The position numbers were made by a program, and so were the translations under genes. Below the pieces are notes generated by a model. That model ran no database searches. It was not told where the DNA came from and saw only the letters and a list, made by a program, of their open reading frames with translations. Shown here in pieces: positions 40,739 to 50,138 of a stretch of 64,000 nucleotides of DNA. Source of the stretch: a bacterium. GTDB lineage: Bacteria > UBA4055. Numbering within the stretch: the first letter of the stretch is position 1; each line of letters starts with the position of its first letter. The DNA lies in assembly GCA_029559475.1 (NCBI GenBank), contig JAKQBN010000055.1:7089-71088 (forward strand). Reading direction: 5' to 3'.

Positions 40739-42034
40739 TTAATCTATATTAGGCACTGCTCCGAATTTTCCGTATTTATATGCTTTCTGCAGAGATGAGA
40801 TTCTGTTAAGACCGTTGAAACCTGTAAGGGGATAAAGCTTTGTCGAGCCGTCTTCTCTTTTTTCCGTGAACCAGAAATTATCCTTTCTAAGAAGATCTGT
40901 TTCGTCGAATAAATTGTCATAGTGAGTCGCAACAAGCACCTGAGCTTGGTCTGAATTACGTAGAAAATGCTCAAGAACATATTCAATAAGCCTTGGATGC
41001 AGCTTTGATTCTATCTCATCTATCGTAATGAATGCGTTATCCTCAATCGATTTAATAATTGCTCCGAACAAACCGAATATTCTTTTTGTACCCTCTGATT
41101 GCCATTCTATAGGCAGTCCGTAAATTTCTTTTCTACCATCGCTGACGACAGTATGCTTGAATTCAGTTACAGGATATTTAAAACTCTTATCTTTTTTTAA
41201 ATCTTCAATAACAGATGCGCGAATACTTAAAAAATTACCTATTGTCTGAGCCTGTTTTATAAAATCATCATCAACACTCTGAACGAATTCTTTGACATTT
41301 ATATCAGAAATATTAAAATCAGCCTCTTTCAGGCACTCAAGCATTTTTAATTTATGGCTAGGGTTTGTTTTAATTAATTCCTCTGAAAAATGCTGTAAAG
41401 GATCGTTAGGCACGATTGAATTGAAAACATGATCAAATAGCCATTTTGTAACATCGCTCAAGCCGTTCAGATAAGCATTTATCTTTCTCAATGCCGCCAG
41501 GACAGACATATTTTTCAAACATTTTACATTTAGTTCATCTTGAGTGATCTTGCTGATATTGTTTTTTCCTTTAAAAACTATTTTGGAAACGTCCGACTTC
41601 TCGTCATAATTTCTTTCAAAAAGAGTAGCAGGCTGAGTACCCGGATACATATCAAGCTTTTCATAAAGGACAGCTTTCTGATCGACCTCTAAATAATAAA
41701 CATATTTGATCCCATCTTTATAAAAAACAAGCTTAAACACGCTCGGGTGGTTTCTGCTTGTTTTATCGAGAAGAAAAGGTATTGCATTGGTGCCGGAATA
41801 CTTATTGTCGGTTCCTATAAACCAGAAATTTATAAGGAACTGAAAAGCAGCTATAAGATTAGACTTTCCGGACGCATTGGAACCATATAAAATGCCCAAC
41901 TTTAACAGGCGGACCCCTTTTGCGGCCTCTACAACATGATGATCTTCAAAAGTCCTGTCTTTCGAAGCTTCGAAAGAATATGTAACTTCATCTCTGAACG
42001 AGAGAAAATTCTTGATTGTAAGTGAATGTATCAT
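40739..42034 (-). CDS. AAA_21-type ATPase (RloA/AbiLi-like)
   Basis: Walker A GSNASGKSNLIAAF; C-terminal VLVATHYDNLFDE ABC-like signature; 431 aa; paired with the RloB-like gene as in AbiL systems. Confidence 0.7.
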   Translation of the reverse strand: MIHSLTIKNFLSFRDEVTYSFEASKDRTFEDHHVVEAAKGVRLLKLGILYGSNASGKSNLIAAFQFLINFWFIGTDNKYSGTNAIPFLLDKTSRNHPSVFKLVFYKDGIKYVYYLEVDQKAVLYEKLDMYPGTQPATLFERNYDEKSDVSKIVFKGKNNISKITQDELNVKCLKNMSVLAALRKINAYLNGLSDVTKWLFDHVFNSIVPNDPLQHFSEELIKTNPSHKLKMLECLKEADFNISDINVKEFVQSVDDDFIKQAQTIGNFLSIRASVIEDLKKDKSFKYPVTEFKHTVVSDGRKEIYGLPIEWQSEGTKRIFGLFGAIIKSIEDNAFITIDEIESKLHPRLIEYVLEHFLRNSDQAQVLVATHYDNLFDETDLLRKDNFWFTEKREDGSTKLYPLTGFNGLNRISSLQKAYKYGKFGAVPNID

Positions 42035-42474
42035 TTTTCCGGTTCCGGCAGATTAAACATTGTCAGAAATGTAAAACAAAACACTTAATTTGTCAAGTGA
42101 GTTTATGAAAATAGCAGAAAAATTGCAAAAACATAAAATAAGGTTGTTGTATAAATATAATTATCCTATTTGTTGTGTTAACTTTAAAAAATTACTAACT
42201 TATCTATACGCCAATAATATTTTTTCTAATTTCATAATATAATTTTAATTTAAAAATTACTTTGGATTATTATTATTAATGGGATAGATTTAGTTTATAT
42301 TTGTATCGTAAAGTGAAAAGTCAGGGAACTACGGGAGAGTCCAAATGAGTGAGCCTGTAAACGAAAGAAACATTGTCGTATCGACAAAACGACAATTAAC
42401 AATAATGCAAGGTTAGATGCATGGAAAAAGATTCCATGCGAGTAAATCTGTAATTAGAGAAAAGTAAAACGCAA

Positions 42475-43209
42475 ATGGCAACGACTAAGATAGAATGGAC
42501 AGAATCAACATGGAATCCGATCACCGGATGCACAAAATTATCCGCAGGCTGCAAATTCTGTTATGCCGAAGTAATGGCGAGAAGGCTCAAAGCTATGGGA
42601 CAGCCGAAATACAAAGACGGTTTCAAGCTTACGCTCCATCCCGACACGCTGACAGAACCTTACACTTGGAAGAAGCCTAAAATGATCTTCGTGAACTCAA
42701 TGAGCGATCTCTTCCATAAAGATGTCCCCGTTGATTACATACAAAAAATATTCAAAGTCATCAAAGACAATCCTCAGCATGTATTTCAGATACTAACAAA
42801 AAGAGCCGACATATTAAGATACTACGACAGTGAAGGCTGGCTTGACTGGCCGCATAACCTTTGGATGGGCGTGACAGTGGAAGATTCAACCGTAACATCA
42901 AGAATTGACTGCCTGAGAAAAACAAAAGCAAGAGTAAAATTCCTCTCCTGCGAACCGCTCCTAAGCTCATTACCCGAACTCAACCTACAAGCAATAGACT
43001 GGGTCATCGTAGGCGGAGAAAGCGGAAGAACACCGCGCCCGATCAAAGAAGAATGGATAATCGAAATAAAAGAACAATGTGAAAAAGCCGGAACAGCATT
43101 CTACTTTAAACAGTGGGGCGGCACCAACAAAAAAGAAGCAGGCAGGCTGTTACAAGGCAAAAGGTACGATCAAATGCCTGAAATGGTCGAGCAAGAAACT
43201 CTAATATAA
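42475..43209 (+). CDS. phage Gp37/Gp68-family protein (DUF5131)
   Basis: TKIEWTESTWNPITGCTKLSAGCKFCYA N-terminal Cys motif and the rest of the 244-aa protein match the Gp37/Gp68 family. Confidence 0.75.
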   Translation: MATTKIEWTESTWNPITGCTKLSAGCKFCYAEVMARRLKAMGQPKYKDGFKLTLHPDTLTEPYTWKKPKMIFVNSMSDLFHKDVPVDYIQKIFKVIKDNPQHVFQILTKRADILRYYDSEGWLDWPHNLWMGVTVEDSTVTSRIDCLRKTKARVKFLSCEPLLSSLPELNLQAIDWVIVGGESGRTPRPIKEEWIIEIKEQCEKAGTAFYFKQWGGTNKKEAGRLLQGKRYDQMPEMVEQETLI

Positions 43210-43234
43210 AACTTTTTGTTACGAATAAATCTTA
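43210..43234. repeat. boundary motif M copy B (aactttttgttacgaataaatctta)
   Basis: Immediately follows the Gp37/68 stop codon; ~20/25 identical to copies A and C. Confidence 0.45.
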
Positions 43235-43279
43235 TGCTGTCCGGTCAGTAGACTATCTTTTCTTTACTTCAAATGCGTT

Positions 43280-44647
43280 CTAATTCTTAAATATTTTATC
43301 GTATTTTGTGTAATCGAAATTTGGTCCTAGAATTTTACTTGATTTATCTTTTAATTGTTTTGTTATACGATATATTTCATTGTTGTTATAGAATTCCCCA
43401 TTCTCATTGATTAACTTAAATAATAACTCAAAATCACTATTGTCAAAATCGTTTAAAATTTTGCTAATGATATTATCATACGTGCTTAAAGCAGAATAAT
43501 AAGTAAACGATTTTCCACAATAATTTATCAAGAATGTCTTAACTTGAATTTGAGATAAAACAATTTTTGATCTATTATAAAGCTGCATCAGAGCATCTTC
43601 CTGTATACAGTCGTATAGATTTACATTTACATAGCCATTAGGCTCAATAAGTATTTTATCATGTATTTCTTCGATTTTAGATATATGCGCCTCAATGCTA
43701 TTACTTAGAAAATATGCTACTGTAAATAAAGAAATATTTTTGTTAGCTTCGATTTGTATATAATTTTTTACTGTCGAATCTAGGACATTATATATTTCTG
43801 GATATTTGCTAATATATGATGTAAGAGCAGTAATTCGAGAACTACCTTGATTTATAGCCTTATCGTTTATGCTACAAGAAAAATTACTGGGTTTAATATT
43901 GTTGAATTTTTGTGAATTTTGCTTGATTAAATTTATAAAATCTTCAAGATGTTTTTCTGTAAGTGTCTTAATACAAAATACATTCAGATAACGGTTTTTT
44001 TCGCATTCAGAATTATCAAGAATAAATGTAAGTTTCCATAAAGATTCGAATAGTTTTTCTCTCACTGGTTTGTTAATTCTCGAGTAGTATCGTACATTTA
44101 GGAAATCTTCTAATCCCTCAGTACGGACTCTTTCAAAATAATCTGTAGTATTTTTTAAAAATTCATCAATTATCTTTTTACATAATAACGCTTCTTTCTC
44201 AAAGACAATTTCAAACATATTTCTCATGTGGTTTCTAACATTTTCCGGTGTCGGATTTATTAATCTATTTCCATTGTCAATTAATGGATGAGCAGCTATG
44301 TTTCGTTCTTTAACAAGTTCATTTATTCTATGAAATTCTACATCATTAATTAATTCAGTACTATCTTTTATTTCTTGTAACAATGTTTTTTCCCAGTCTG
44401 AAGATGTAGGTTTTAGCTTTTGTTCGTTCTTGATTTTATCAATTATTCTTTTTGCGTTATTATCAGAATATATTTCATCGAGCAAAATCAATTTGTTCAT
44501 TAAATCATAGACTACTACTGAATACAAAACGACTATTGCAGAACGATAATTACCGTTATGATAACTTGATAAGACTTCTTTTAAGTATTCTTTAGTTTGT
44601 ATGTTTGGAATTTTCTTTATCTCATCTTCAATAATAAATTCATCCAT
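43280..44647 (-). CDS. HEPN-like (Abi-type) domain protein
   Basis: 455 aa. ERNIAAHP (R-x4-H) sits in an alpha-helical N-terminal region typical of HEPN/Abi_2 nucleases. Last gene of the co-directional six-gene cluster (32-nt gap). Confidence 0.45.
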   Translation of the reverse strand: MDEFIIEDEIKKIPNIQTKEYLKEVLSSYHNGNYRSAIVVLYSVVVYDLMNKLILLDEIYSDNNAKRIIDKIKNEQKLKPTSSDWEKTLLQEIKDSTELINDVEFHRINELVKERNIAAHPLIDNGNRLINPTPENVRNHMRNMFEIVFEKEALLCKKIIDEFLKNTTDYFERVRTEGLEDFLNVRYYSRINKPVREKLFESLWKLTFILDNSECEKNRYLNVFCIKTLTEKHLEDFINLIKQNSQKFNNIKPSNFSCSINDKAINQGSSRITALTSYISKYPEIYNVLDSTVKNYIQIEANKNISLFTVAYFLSNSIEAHISKIEEIHDKILIEPNGYVNVNLYDCIQEDALMQLYNRSKIVLSQIQVKTFLINYCGKSFTYYSALSTYDNIISKILNDFDNSDFELLFKLINENGEFYNNNEIYRITKQLKDKSSKILGPNFDYTKYDKIFKN

Positions 44648-44679
44648 TCTTCACCTTCTTTTTTTTATTACAATATTAT

Positions 44680-45639
44680 TTAAGAAAATTTATTTAAAAG
44701 AGTTAAAATCTTTTTAATTTCATATTTTATTTCAGGGCTATCATTGATAGAATCAGCGAATTCAGAATCAGTAATGAGCTCTCGAAATGCTCTCATCTTT
44801 TTATAGATACTATCTATTTTTCCAGTATCTTTAACCTGTTCGAAACCATTATAAATATCTTTTTGCCCCGATGCTATCTCAGCGAGAACTTTTTTCGCTT
44901 TTTTATCAGGACACTTAGCTATTTCACCTACCTTTCTGATGTCAGAAGCCTGTTGTATTTCTTTGTTTTTTATTTGCAAAACGAGAGTATTAACTAATTC
45001 AGGATGAGATTTGGTTGCATTATTTATAGATTTGTTCTTGAGCAACTCGTCATAATAACTCCAATTTGTCGGTTCCAAGTCTTTAGTCTCAATCATAAAA
45101 GAGAAGACTTTTAAATATCTTTGAGCATCTCCTTTTTTTATACCTAACTCTTTAGCCATTATGTCAACAGATAGCTTTGATTCTTTACTTCGTCTGTACA
45201 AATATCCAGCCTGCTCGTATGGACTCCAGTCTTTTCTTCCTATAATGTGATATTGCCCAAGAAGAGTAAAAATAGATGATTCATCAATGTCTGAAGGTAA
45301 AATTAAACATTTAACTTTACCCCATGAAATAGGATCTTTTTGACATAAAATTCGATATGCCGCTAATCGGCTATTTCCTTCAAGTACAACTAAATCACCA
45401 TCACGCACAATTAAAGGATCAATTAGACCGCCATTACTTTCAATGGAAAGCCTAAGTTGCTTCACATGCTCCATCGAAATCATCAATTTTTCAATGTTAC
45501 TTTGATCGGGCTTGATGTCATCAGAAACTCTTAGGGCACTATAGACTCGAGGATTATCGACATAGAACTTAAGAGAAGCTTGGAGGATTTCCTCTTCTTT
45601 TACTTGAAACTCTTTTTTGCCAATTGTCAATGTATTCAT
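44680..45639 (-). CDS. ParB/Srx-fold nuclease-like domain protein (paralogue 1)
   Basis: GLIDPLIVRDGDLVVLEGNSRLAAYRIL matches ParB N-terminal box II (GxxRxxA). Shares HxxGxxDWxPYxxAxYL with the paralogue at 47535-48545. Its start overlaps the SNF2 gene stop by 4 nt. Confidence 0.6.
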   Translation of the reverse strand: MNTLTIGKKEFQVKEEEILQASLKFYVDNPRVYSALRVSDDIKPDQSNIEKLMISMEHVKQLRLSIESNGGLIDPLIVRDGDLVVLEGNSRLAAYRILCQKDPISWGKVKCLILPSDIDESSIFTLLGQYHIIGRKDWSPYEQAGYLYRRSKESKLSVDIMAKELGIKKGDAQRYLKVFSFMIETKDLEPTNWSYYDELLKNKSINNATKSHPELVNTLVLQIKNKEIQQASDIRKVGEIAKCPDKKAKKVLAEIASGQKDIYNGFEQVKDTGKIDSIYKKMRAFRELITDSEFADSINDSPEIKYEIKKILTLLNKFS

Positions 45640-47120
45640 GTTTCACTCTCACTATTTTCATTTAAAATATCTTTAACAAGCTCACCAAAACTATAATCCG
45701 CAACATTTTGGTATTTCTTCAAAACATAATCTCCTTGAGCTAAAAAAGCTGCATTCTGTTTGGCTTTGAGTAAAAGGTCAATCCAAATGTCAATACTATC
45801 TTTAACCATCAAATTATAGATGTTGCAAGTTTTTGTTTGTGAAATACGATGAATTCTATCTTGTGCCTGCAAATAATCATCAAGATTAAAACCGCGATCG
45901 TAAAAAATGACATTGTTCGCAACTGTCAGTGTAAGTCCTTCTTTCGCGGATTGAGGCGTAGCAAATAATACTTTAGCATCTCCATTTTTAAACTCACGTA
46001 CAGAATGTATTCTTTCTTCAATTTTCATTTTTCCGGTAATTTTTACTGCATTAAGGTACTTATACTTTTTACAGAAATGATCAACATTGTCAATAAAAAT
46101 TGACCAAACTATAATCTTTTCATCTCTATTGATTATTTCTTTGATTAATTCATCTAGTTTAGCTTCCTTACCTGAAAAACAGCAGTATAAGTCATCTAAT
46201 AATCTAGGATTTGATGTAATCTGTACCAGTCTTAACAATCTTTTTATTGAATCAGAAGATTCATCAAGTATAGCCACATCATCCCGTTGCAATAATAGTT
46301 GCATCTCTGTTCTAACTTTATCATACATCATGTATTGGGTCTTTTCAAAATCGACAAACACATCATAATACACTTTGTTTGGAAGTGTTATAATTCCGCT
46401 GCTCTTAGTCTCACGTACAGTAAAATCTTTAATTCTCGTAAAAATATTAGATACAGATGATTCAAACACATCTCTTTTTACTTTGTTATTGGACAAATCA
46501 TTAGTAAGATTTGTTGTCGATTTGAACTCAGAGAAATTAGTTCCCAGGCTCTTCCCGTTATCGAGGAAATAAATCTGAGCCCAAATATCATATGGTCTAT
46601 TAGCCACAGGTGTGCCTGTCATTATAACCCGAATCTTAAATAAACTAGAAATCTCGAAAAAATCTTGTGTTAGTCTAGAATCGGGATTTTTTAGTTTCGT
46701 AGATTCATCGATAATAATGGCAACATTCCTAGTCTTTAGAAAAAGCTTGAATCTCACTAACTCACCAGATATAGTTTCAAAATTCGTAATTATTACTCTA
46801 GTAGCGCTATTAAATACATAGTAATTTTCTGTCCGTTTACTTGTTAGGATTCTAGGTGTAATATTAGTATGTATTTCAAACTCGCCACGCCAATTTTCAA
46901 CTAATTGCTTTTTTGTGACAATAAGTACGGTATCAATTTCCAAAAATTCTAACCAATATAAAAGAAGATCAATTGCTATTTTCGTTTTACCTAGTCCTTG
47001 CTCATGAAAGATTGCTGCATATGGCAAATTTTTCATTGCTTCAAAAGCTTCGTATTGATATGGGAATGCATTTAGCTTCGCTGTTAGATTTTGTCCGGGT
47101 AAATTGATTATTTTTCTCAT
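45636..47120 (-). CDS. SNF2-family helicase (compact, 494 aa)
   Basis: Motif I HEQGLGKT, motif II IIDESTKLKN (DExx), motif III MTGTPVAN, motif VI QAQDRIHRISQTK. Confidence 0.8.
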   Translation of the reverse strand: MRKIINLPGQNLTAKLNAFPYQYEAFEAMKNLPYAAIFHEQGLGKTKIAIDLLLYWLEFLEIDTVLIVTKKQLVENWRGEFEIHTNITPRILTSKRTENYYVFNSATRVIITNFETISGELVRFKLFLKTRNVAIIIDESTKLKNPDSRLTQDFFEISSLFKIRVIMTGTPVANRPYDIWAQIYFLDNGKSLGTNFSEFKSTTNLTNDLSNNKVKRDVFESSVSNIFTRIKDFTVRETKSSGIITLPNKVYYDVFVDFEKTQYMMYDKVRTEMQLLLQRDDVAILDESSDSIKRLLRLVQITSNPRLLDDLYCCFSGKEAKLDELIKEIINRDEKIIVWSIFIDNVDHFCKKYKYLNAVKITGKMKIEERIHSVREFKNGDAKVLFATPQSAKEGLTLTVANNVIFYDRGFNLDDYLQAQDRIHRISQTKTCNIYNLMVKDSIDIWIDLLLKAKQNAAFLAQGDYVLKKYQNVADYSFGELVKDILNENSESET

Positions 47121-47530
47121 ACGATACTTACGCTCCCGATGTCGTTTAAAATATGAAGCTTGACCGATGAATTTTGTTCCGCTTTGATTCTTTTAGCCAT
47201 GTTTTTTATTCTTGCGTATGAATAAATTGATGTACAAATAATAATATGGCTTTCTTCATCAAATAATGAGGCTTCTCTAATATATGATCTATACTGTTCA
47301 ATACTGTGTTTACGGTCAATATCATTCTCAGTTTTAGCTTCTCCAATTATCAAACGACGAGTATCTTTGTAATATAGGTCAGGTATAAAATTACCAATCG
47401 TTCTTTCTGGTCTTCTGTTACTATCGGGTAAATCTACTAGCACAAGTGCCCTTGCGTCGAAAGGTAATAATAAAAATACATAATTAGCAATTTGGCGAAC
47501 ATAATTTATATGTTCAATAGATTCAGCCAT
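47117..47530 (-). CDS. small PD-(D/E)xK-like putative nuclease
   Basis: IPDLYYKDTRRLIIGEAKT (D-x13-EAK) in a 137-aa protein; both ends coupled (4-nt overlaps or gaps) to neighbouring genes. Confidence 0.4.
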   Translation of the reverse strand: MAESIEHINYVRQIANYVFLLLPFDARALVLVDLPDSNRRPERTIGNFIPDLYYKDTRRLIIGEAKTENDIDRKHSIEQYRSYIREASLFDEESHIIICTSIYSYARIKNMAKRIKAEQNSSVKLHILNDIGSVSIV

Positions 47531-47534
47531 AAAA

Positions 47535-48545
47535 TTAATCTTCAGGTTGTATGTCTTTCAATATTTCTTGGAGACCTTCAAAAATATCAAGGAGCATTGT
47601 TTTCTTTTTTTCGTATTCGGGATCACTACCTAAATTTTTTACTTCTTTGTATTCTAGCCTGTTAAGCGCTTCTAAGAATTTTGTACCAAGAACATCATAT
47701 GTAAACTTATCTAGCTCATTATGTGTATTCTCAGTTATAGCTATCTTTTTTACAGCTTCTGAGATATTTCTTCTTAAAAAAACTTTTAACGCTTCTGGTT
47801 CCTTCAGTACTGCGGGTAATTGACGCACATTTTGCGCTGTATCGATGTTATCATCGACAACCCATTTTGCAAAATCATTTTTTGTAAAACCTTTATTGGT
47901 TAGTGCATAAGTTATTGTTGACCGTTGAAGCTCAACAAATTTTGAAAATTCTCTTATATCAAAATCATCACCTTTTTCTTTTACTGCTTTGGCATAATAT
48001 ACTTGCATGTCGCGGTATGCACTTATAAGCTTATTTATTTCTGAAGTATTACCACCGCACATGGATATGATATTTGCCATTGGCAAGCGTTCAATTTCAC
48101 TCAGTTGATGTAGATATTTAGCTTTTGAATACGGATCCCAATCACGAGGACCAACTAAATGTGACTGTAATCTAATGGAATGTTTTTCTGAGTCAGTTAA
48201 GCATTCGTAAATAATGGAACTGATTTTACTCCAAGGGCCTGTTGGATTTAACGCTAGAAATTCTTTATAAATTTGAAGTCTCGTATTCCCTTCGATTACG
48301 ATTAAACGTCCATCCGGTTCTTTACTGACTATAATTGGATGAATAATTCCTCCACTGACCTTAATAGACTCCTTTAGAGTATTATAAGATGTAGATGAAT
48401 CACCGTTACCTGGGTTTGTTAATGCAAGTGCAATAGCTTCACTTGTTATTTCACCCGGATAAATCTCAAGATATTGCTTGATTCTTGGATTGTCGAGGTC
48501 AAGATGAATTTCGCTAATGTCCAATTCAATGTATTTAGGTTCCAT
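47535..48545 (-). CDS. ParB/Srx-fold nuclease-like domain protein (paralogue 2)
   Basis: GIIHPIIVSKEPDGRLIVIEGNTRLQIYKEF...GPRDWDPYSKAKYLHQL; paralogous to 44680-45639. Confidence 0.6.
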   Translation of the reverse strand: MEPKYIELDISEIHLDLDNPRIKQYLEIYPGEITSEAIALALTNPGNGDSSTSYNTLKESIKVSGGIIHPIIVSKEPDGRLIVIEGNTRLQIYKEFLALNPTGPWSKISSIIYECLTDSEKHSIRLQSHLVGPRDWDPYSKAKYLHQLSEIERLPMANIISMCGGNTSEINKLISAYRDMQVYYAKAVKEKGDDFDIREFSKFVELQRSTITYALTNKGFTKNDFAKWVVDDNIDTAQNVRQLPAVLKEPEALKVFLRRNISEAVKKIAITENTHNELDKFTYDVLGTKFLEALNRLEYKEVKNLGSDPEYEKKKTMLLDIFEGLQEILKDIQPED

Positions 48546-48556
48546 ATTTTACCCTC

Positions 48557-49819
48557 TTATTTAGATTTATACTGATTAATTTCTTCGAATCTTAAATCAT
48601 AATACTTCTTTGCGATTTCAGGAAACTCCATTTCAAAATCAATCATTGCTTTATAACAAGAGCAATATCCTTTTATGATGTTTGTATGGGTCAGGTGGTA
48701 TTCCTCATTTGCTTTACAGTACTGTCTAAAGCTTTTCTTTTTTAAAAAGTTTGGTTGATTACACCATCTTGCCAACTGTATATACATTGATTTATATTTA
48801 GATTCTTTATAATCCTCATATCTCATTATATAAGGCAAACATCCATGTTCCATTATTATTTTAATACGTTCAAAAGTATTCTCAATATCTCGTTCATCCT
48901 GGCTATCGTATCCGGTAAGGACATATAATTTTGTGGATTTTTTGTAATATTTTTTCCAAATCTTCAAGCTGTTGGAAATTTTTTCAGCATCTTCAATATG
49001 GTCAAATGCAAATATAAAATCACCTTTGTATTTAACTTTTGCAAGCCGTTCAGCTTTATCAGCTGTCATTAGTCGTATATCTAGACCCTGTCTAAATTGG
49101 AAAGGCTTCCCAGTAGCTATTAATGCATCAAGAATGGTGTAGAAGTCAGGTGAAGCCATAAAATTGTCATCCCATAAATATATGCCTCGTCTTTTTGGGT
49201 CTAAAAATTCCGAGATTGGAGAGTGTTTAATAACACGGTCATATTTCCTGTTAACACAATAACTACATTTTCTAAAACAACCTCTTGTCGTGAATCCGAT
49301 TGAGTAATTCAAGTAATCTTCATATCTAATAACATTCTTAGTAAAATTATCTGTTTGACTAGAAATAAAGTCTGTATAGAGTTCATAATCAGGCATGTGA
49401 TGTTCTATCTTATCCGGTAGATCTGGACTGTCCATCCCATAGAAACCTGTACCTCCGATAATTATCTCTTTATTATCAATTCTCTTTTGAATAACAGCTG
49501 GAATTTTAGTAAAATTAAAAACTTTAGACATTATTAAAAAATCATAAATATCTTCTTTCAATTTATCTGCAATTTCAGAGTAGTCACATATTAATTTAAC
49601 GCTATGTCTGAACTCTTTGCAATATCCCGATATTTTAAGTAAAGCAAGATTTGGATGCTTTGTGCCTTGGTCAAGAAGGTCGGCATCAATTATTCCAATT
49701 TTAAATTGTTTGTCGTTAGCCTCAATTAATTCACAAAAAATGAATCCTAATTTATTTTCGAGGAGTTTGTAGTAATTATTTTTTTGAAGGTTTTCTTTTT
49801 TACTTAACATAATTTCCAA
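48557..49819 (-). CDS. radical SAM protein with N-terminal B12-binding-like domain (class B-like)
   Basis: CFRKCSYC (CxxxCxxC) at ~aa 180. The N-terminal FKIGIIDADLLDQGTKHPNLALLKISGYCKEFRHSVKLI resembles the Rossmann-like B12-binding domain of class B radical SAM enzymes. First gene of the cluster. Confidence 0.7.
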   Translation of the reverse strand: MEIMLSKKENLQKNNYYKLLENKLGFIFCELIEANDKQFKIGIIDADLLDQGTKHPNLALLKISGYCKEFRHSVKLICDYSEIADKLKEDIYDFLIMSKVFNFTKIPAVIQKRIDNKEIIIGGTGFYGMDSPDLPDKIEHHMPDYELYTDFISSQTDNFTKNVIRYEDYLNYSIGFTTRGCFRKCSYCVNRKYDRVIKHSPISEFLDPKRRGIYLWDDNFMASPDFYTILDALIATGKPFQFRQGLDIRLMTADKAERLAKVKYKGDFIFAFDHIEDAEKISNSLKIWKKYYKKSTKLYVLTGYDSQDERDIENTFERIKIIMEHGCLPYIMRYEDYKESKYKSMYIQLARWCNQPNFLKKKSFRQYCKANEEYHLTHTNIIKGYCSCYKAMIDFEMEFPEIAKKYYDLRFEEINQYKSK

Positions 49820-50030
49820 GTTTTAAAGTTACAGAATGCTTAACTGAGAGGAAAGTGAGGACTATTTTTGATAGCAATAGACCACTTTTTGTTTAATAGA
49901 ATGAGATATTTTAATGAACTGCTTCGTTTTATAGCTGCGTTATCGTTTCATTTATGACATTAGGAAAATAAAACCTTATGAATGAATAATCAAGTAAATT
50001 GCTTTAGTATTTTGTCTGATATAATTCGAA

Positions 50031-50087
50031 TTAATTAACTTTCTTATACCTGAATACTGCGTAGTTGGTTACGACTGTGCTGTAATG
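50031..50087. repeat. attachment-like direct repeat R1: orphan copy of the ABC-2 permease 3' end
   Basis: ttaattaactttcttatacctgaatactgcgtagttggttacgactgtgctgtaatg. Its reverse complement encodes STVVTNYAVFRYKKVN* against the genuine permease C-terminus STVVTAYAVFRYKKVN*; about 52/56 nt identical to R2. Confidence 0.7.
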
Positions 50088-50109
50088 TAAAATATATTAT
50101 ACAAATGTA

Positions 50110-50138
50110 TTGACAAAAATAATTGACATGTGTATATT
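50110..50138 (+). promoter_or_regulatory. sigma70-like promoter for the XRE/Panacea gene (TTGACA-N17-TATATT)
   Basis: ttgacaaaaataattgacatgtgtatatt followed by AGGAGG and ATGATG (50165). The TTG start at 50123 in the ORF track lies inside this promoter, so the true start is more likely 50165. Confidence 0.4.
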
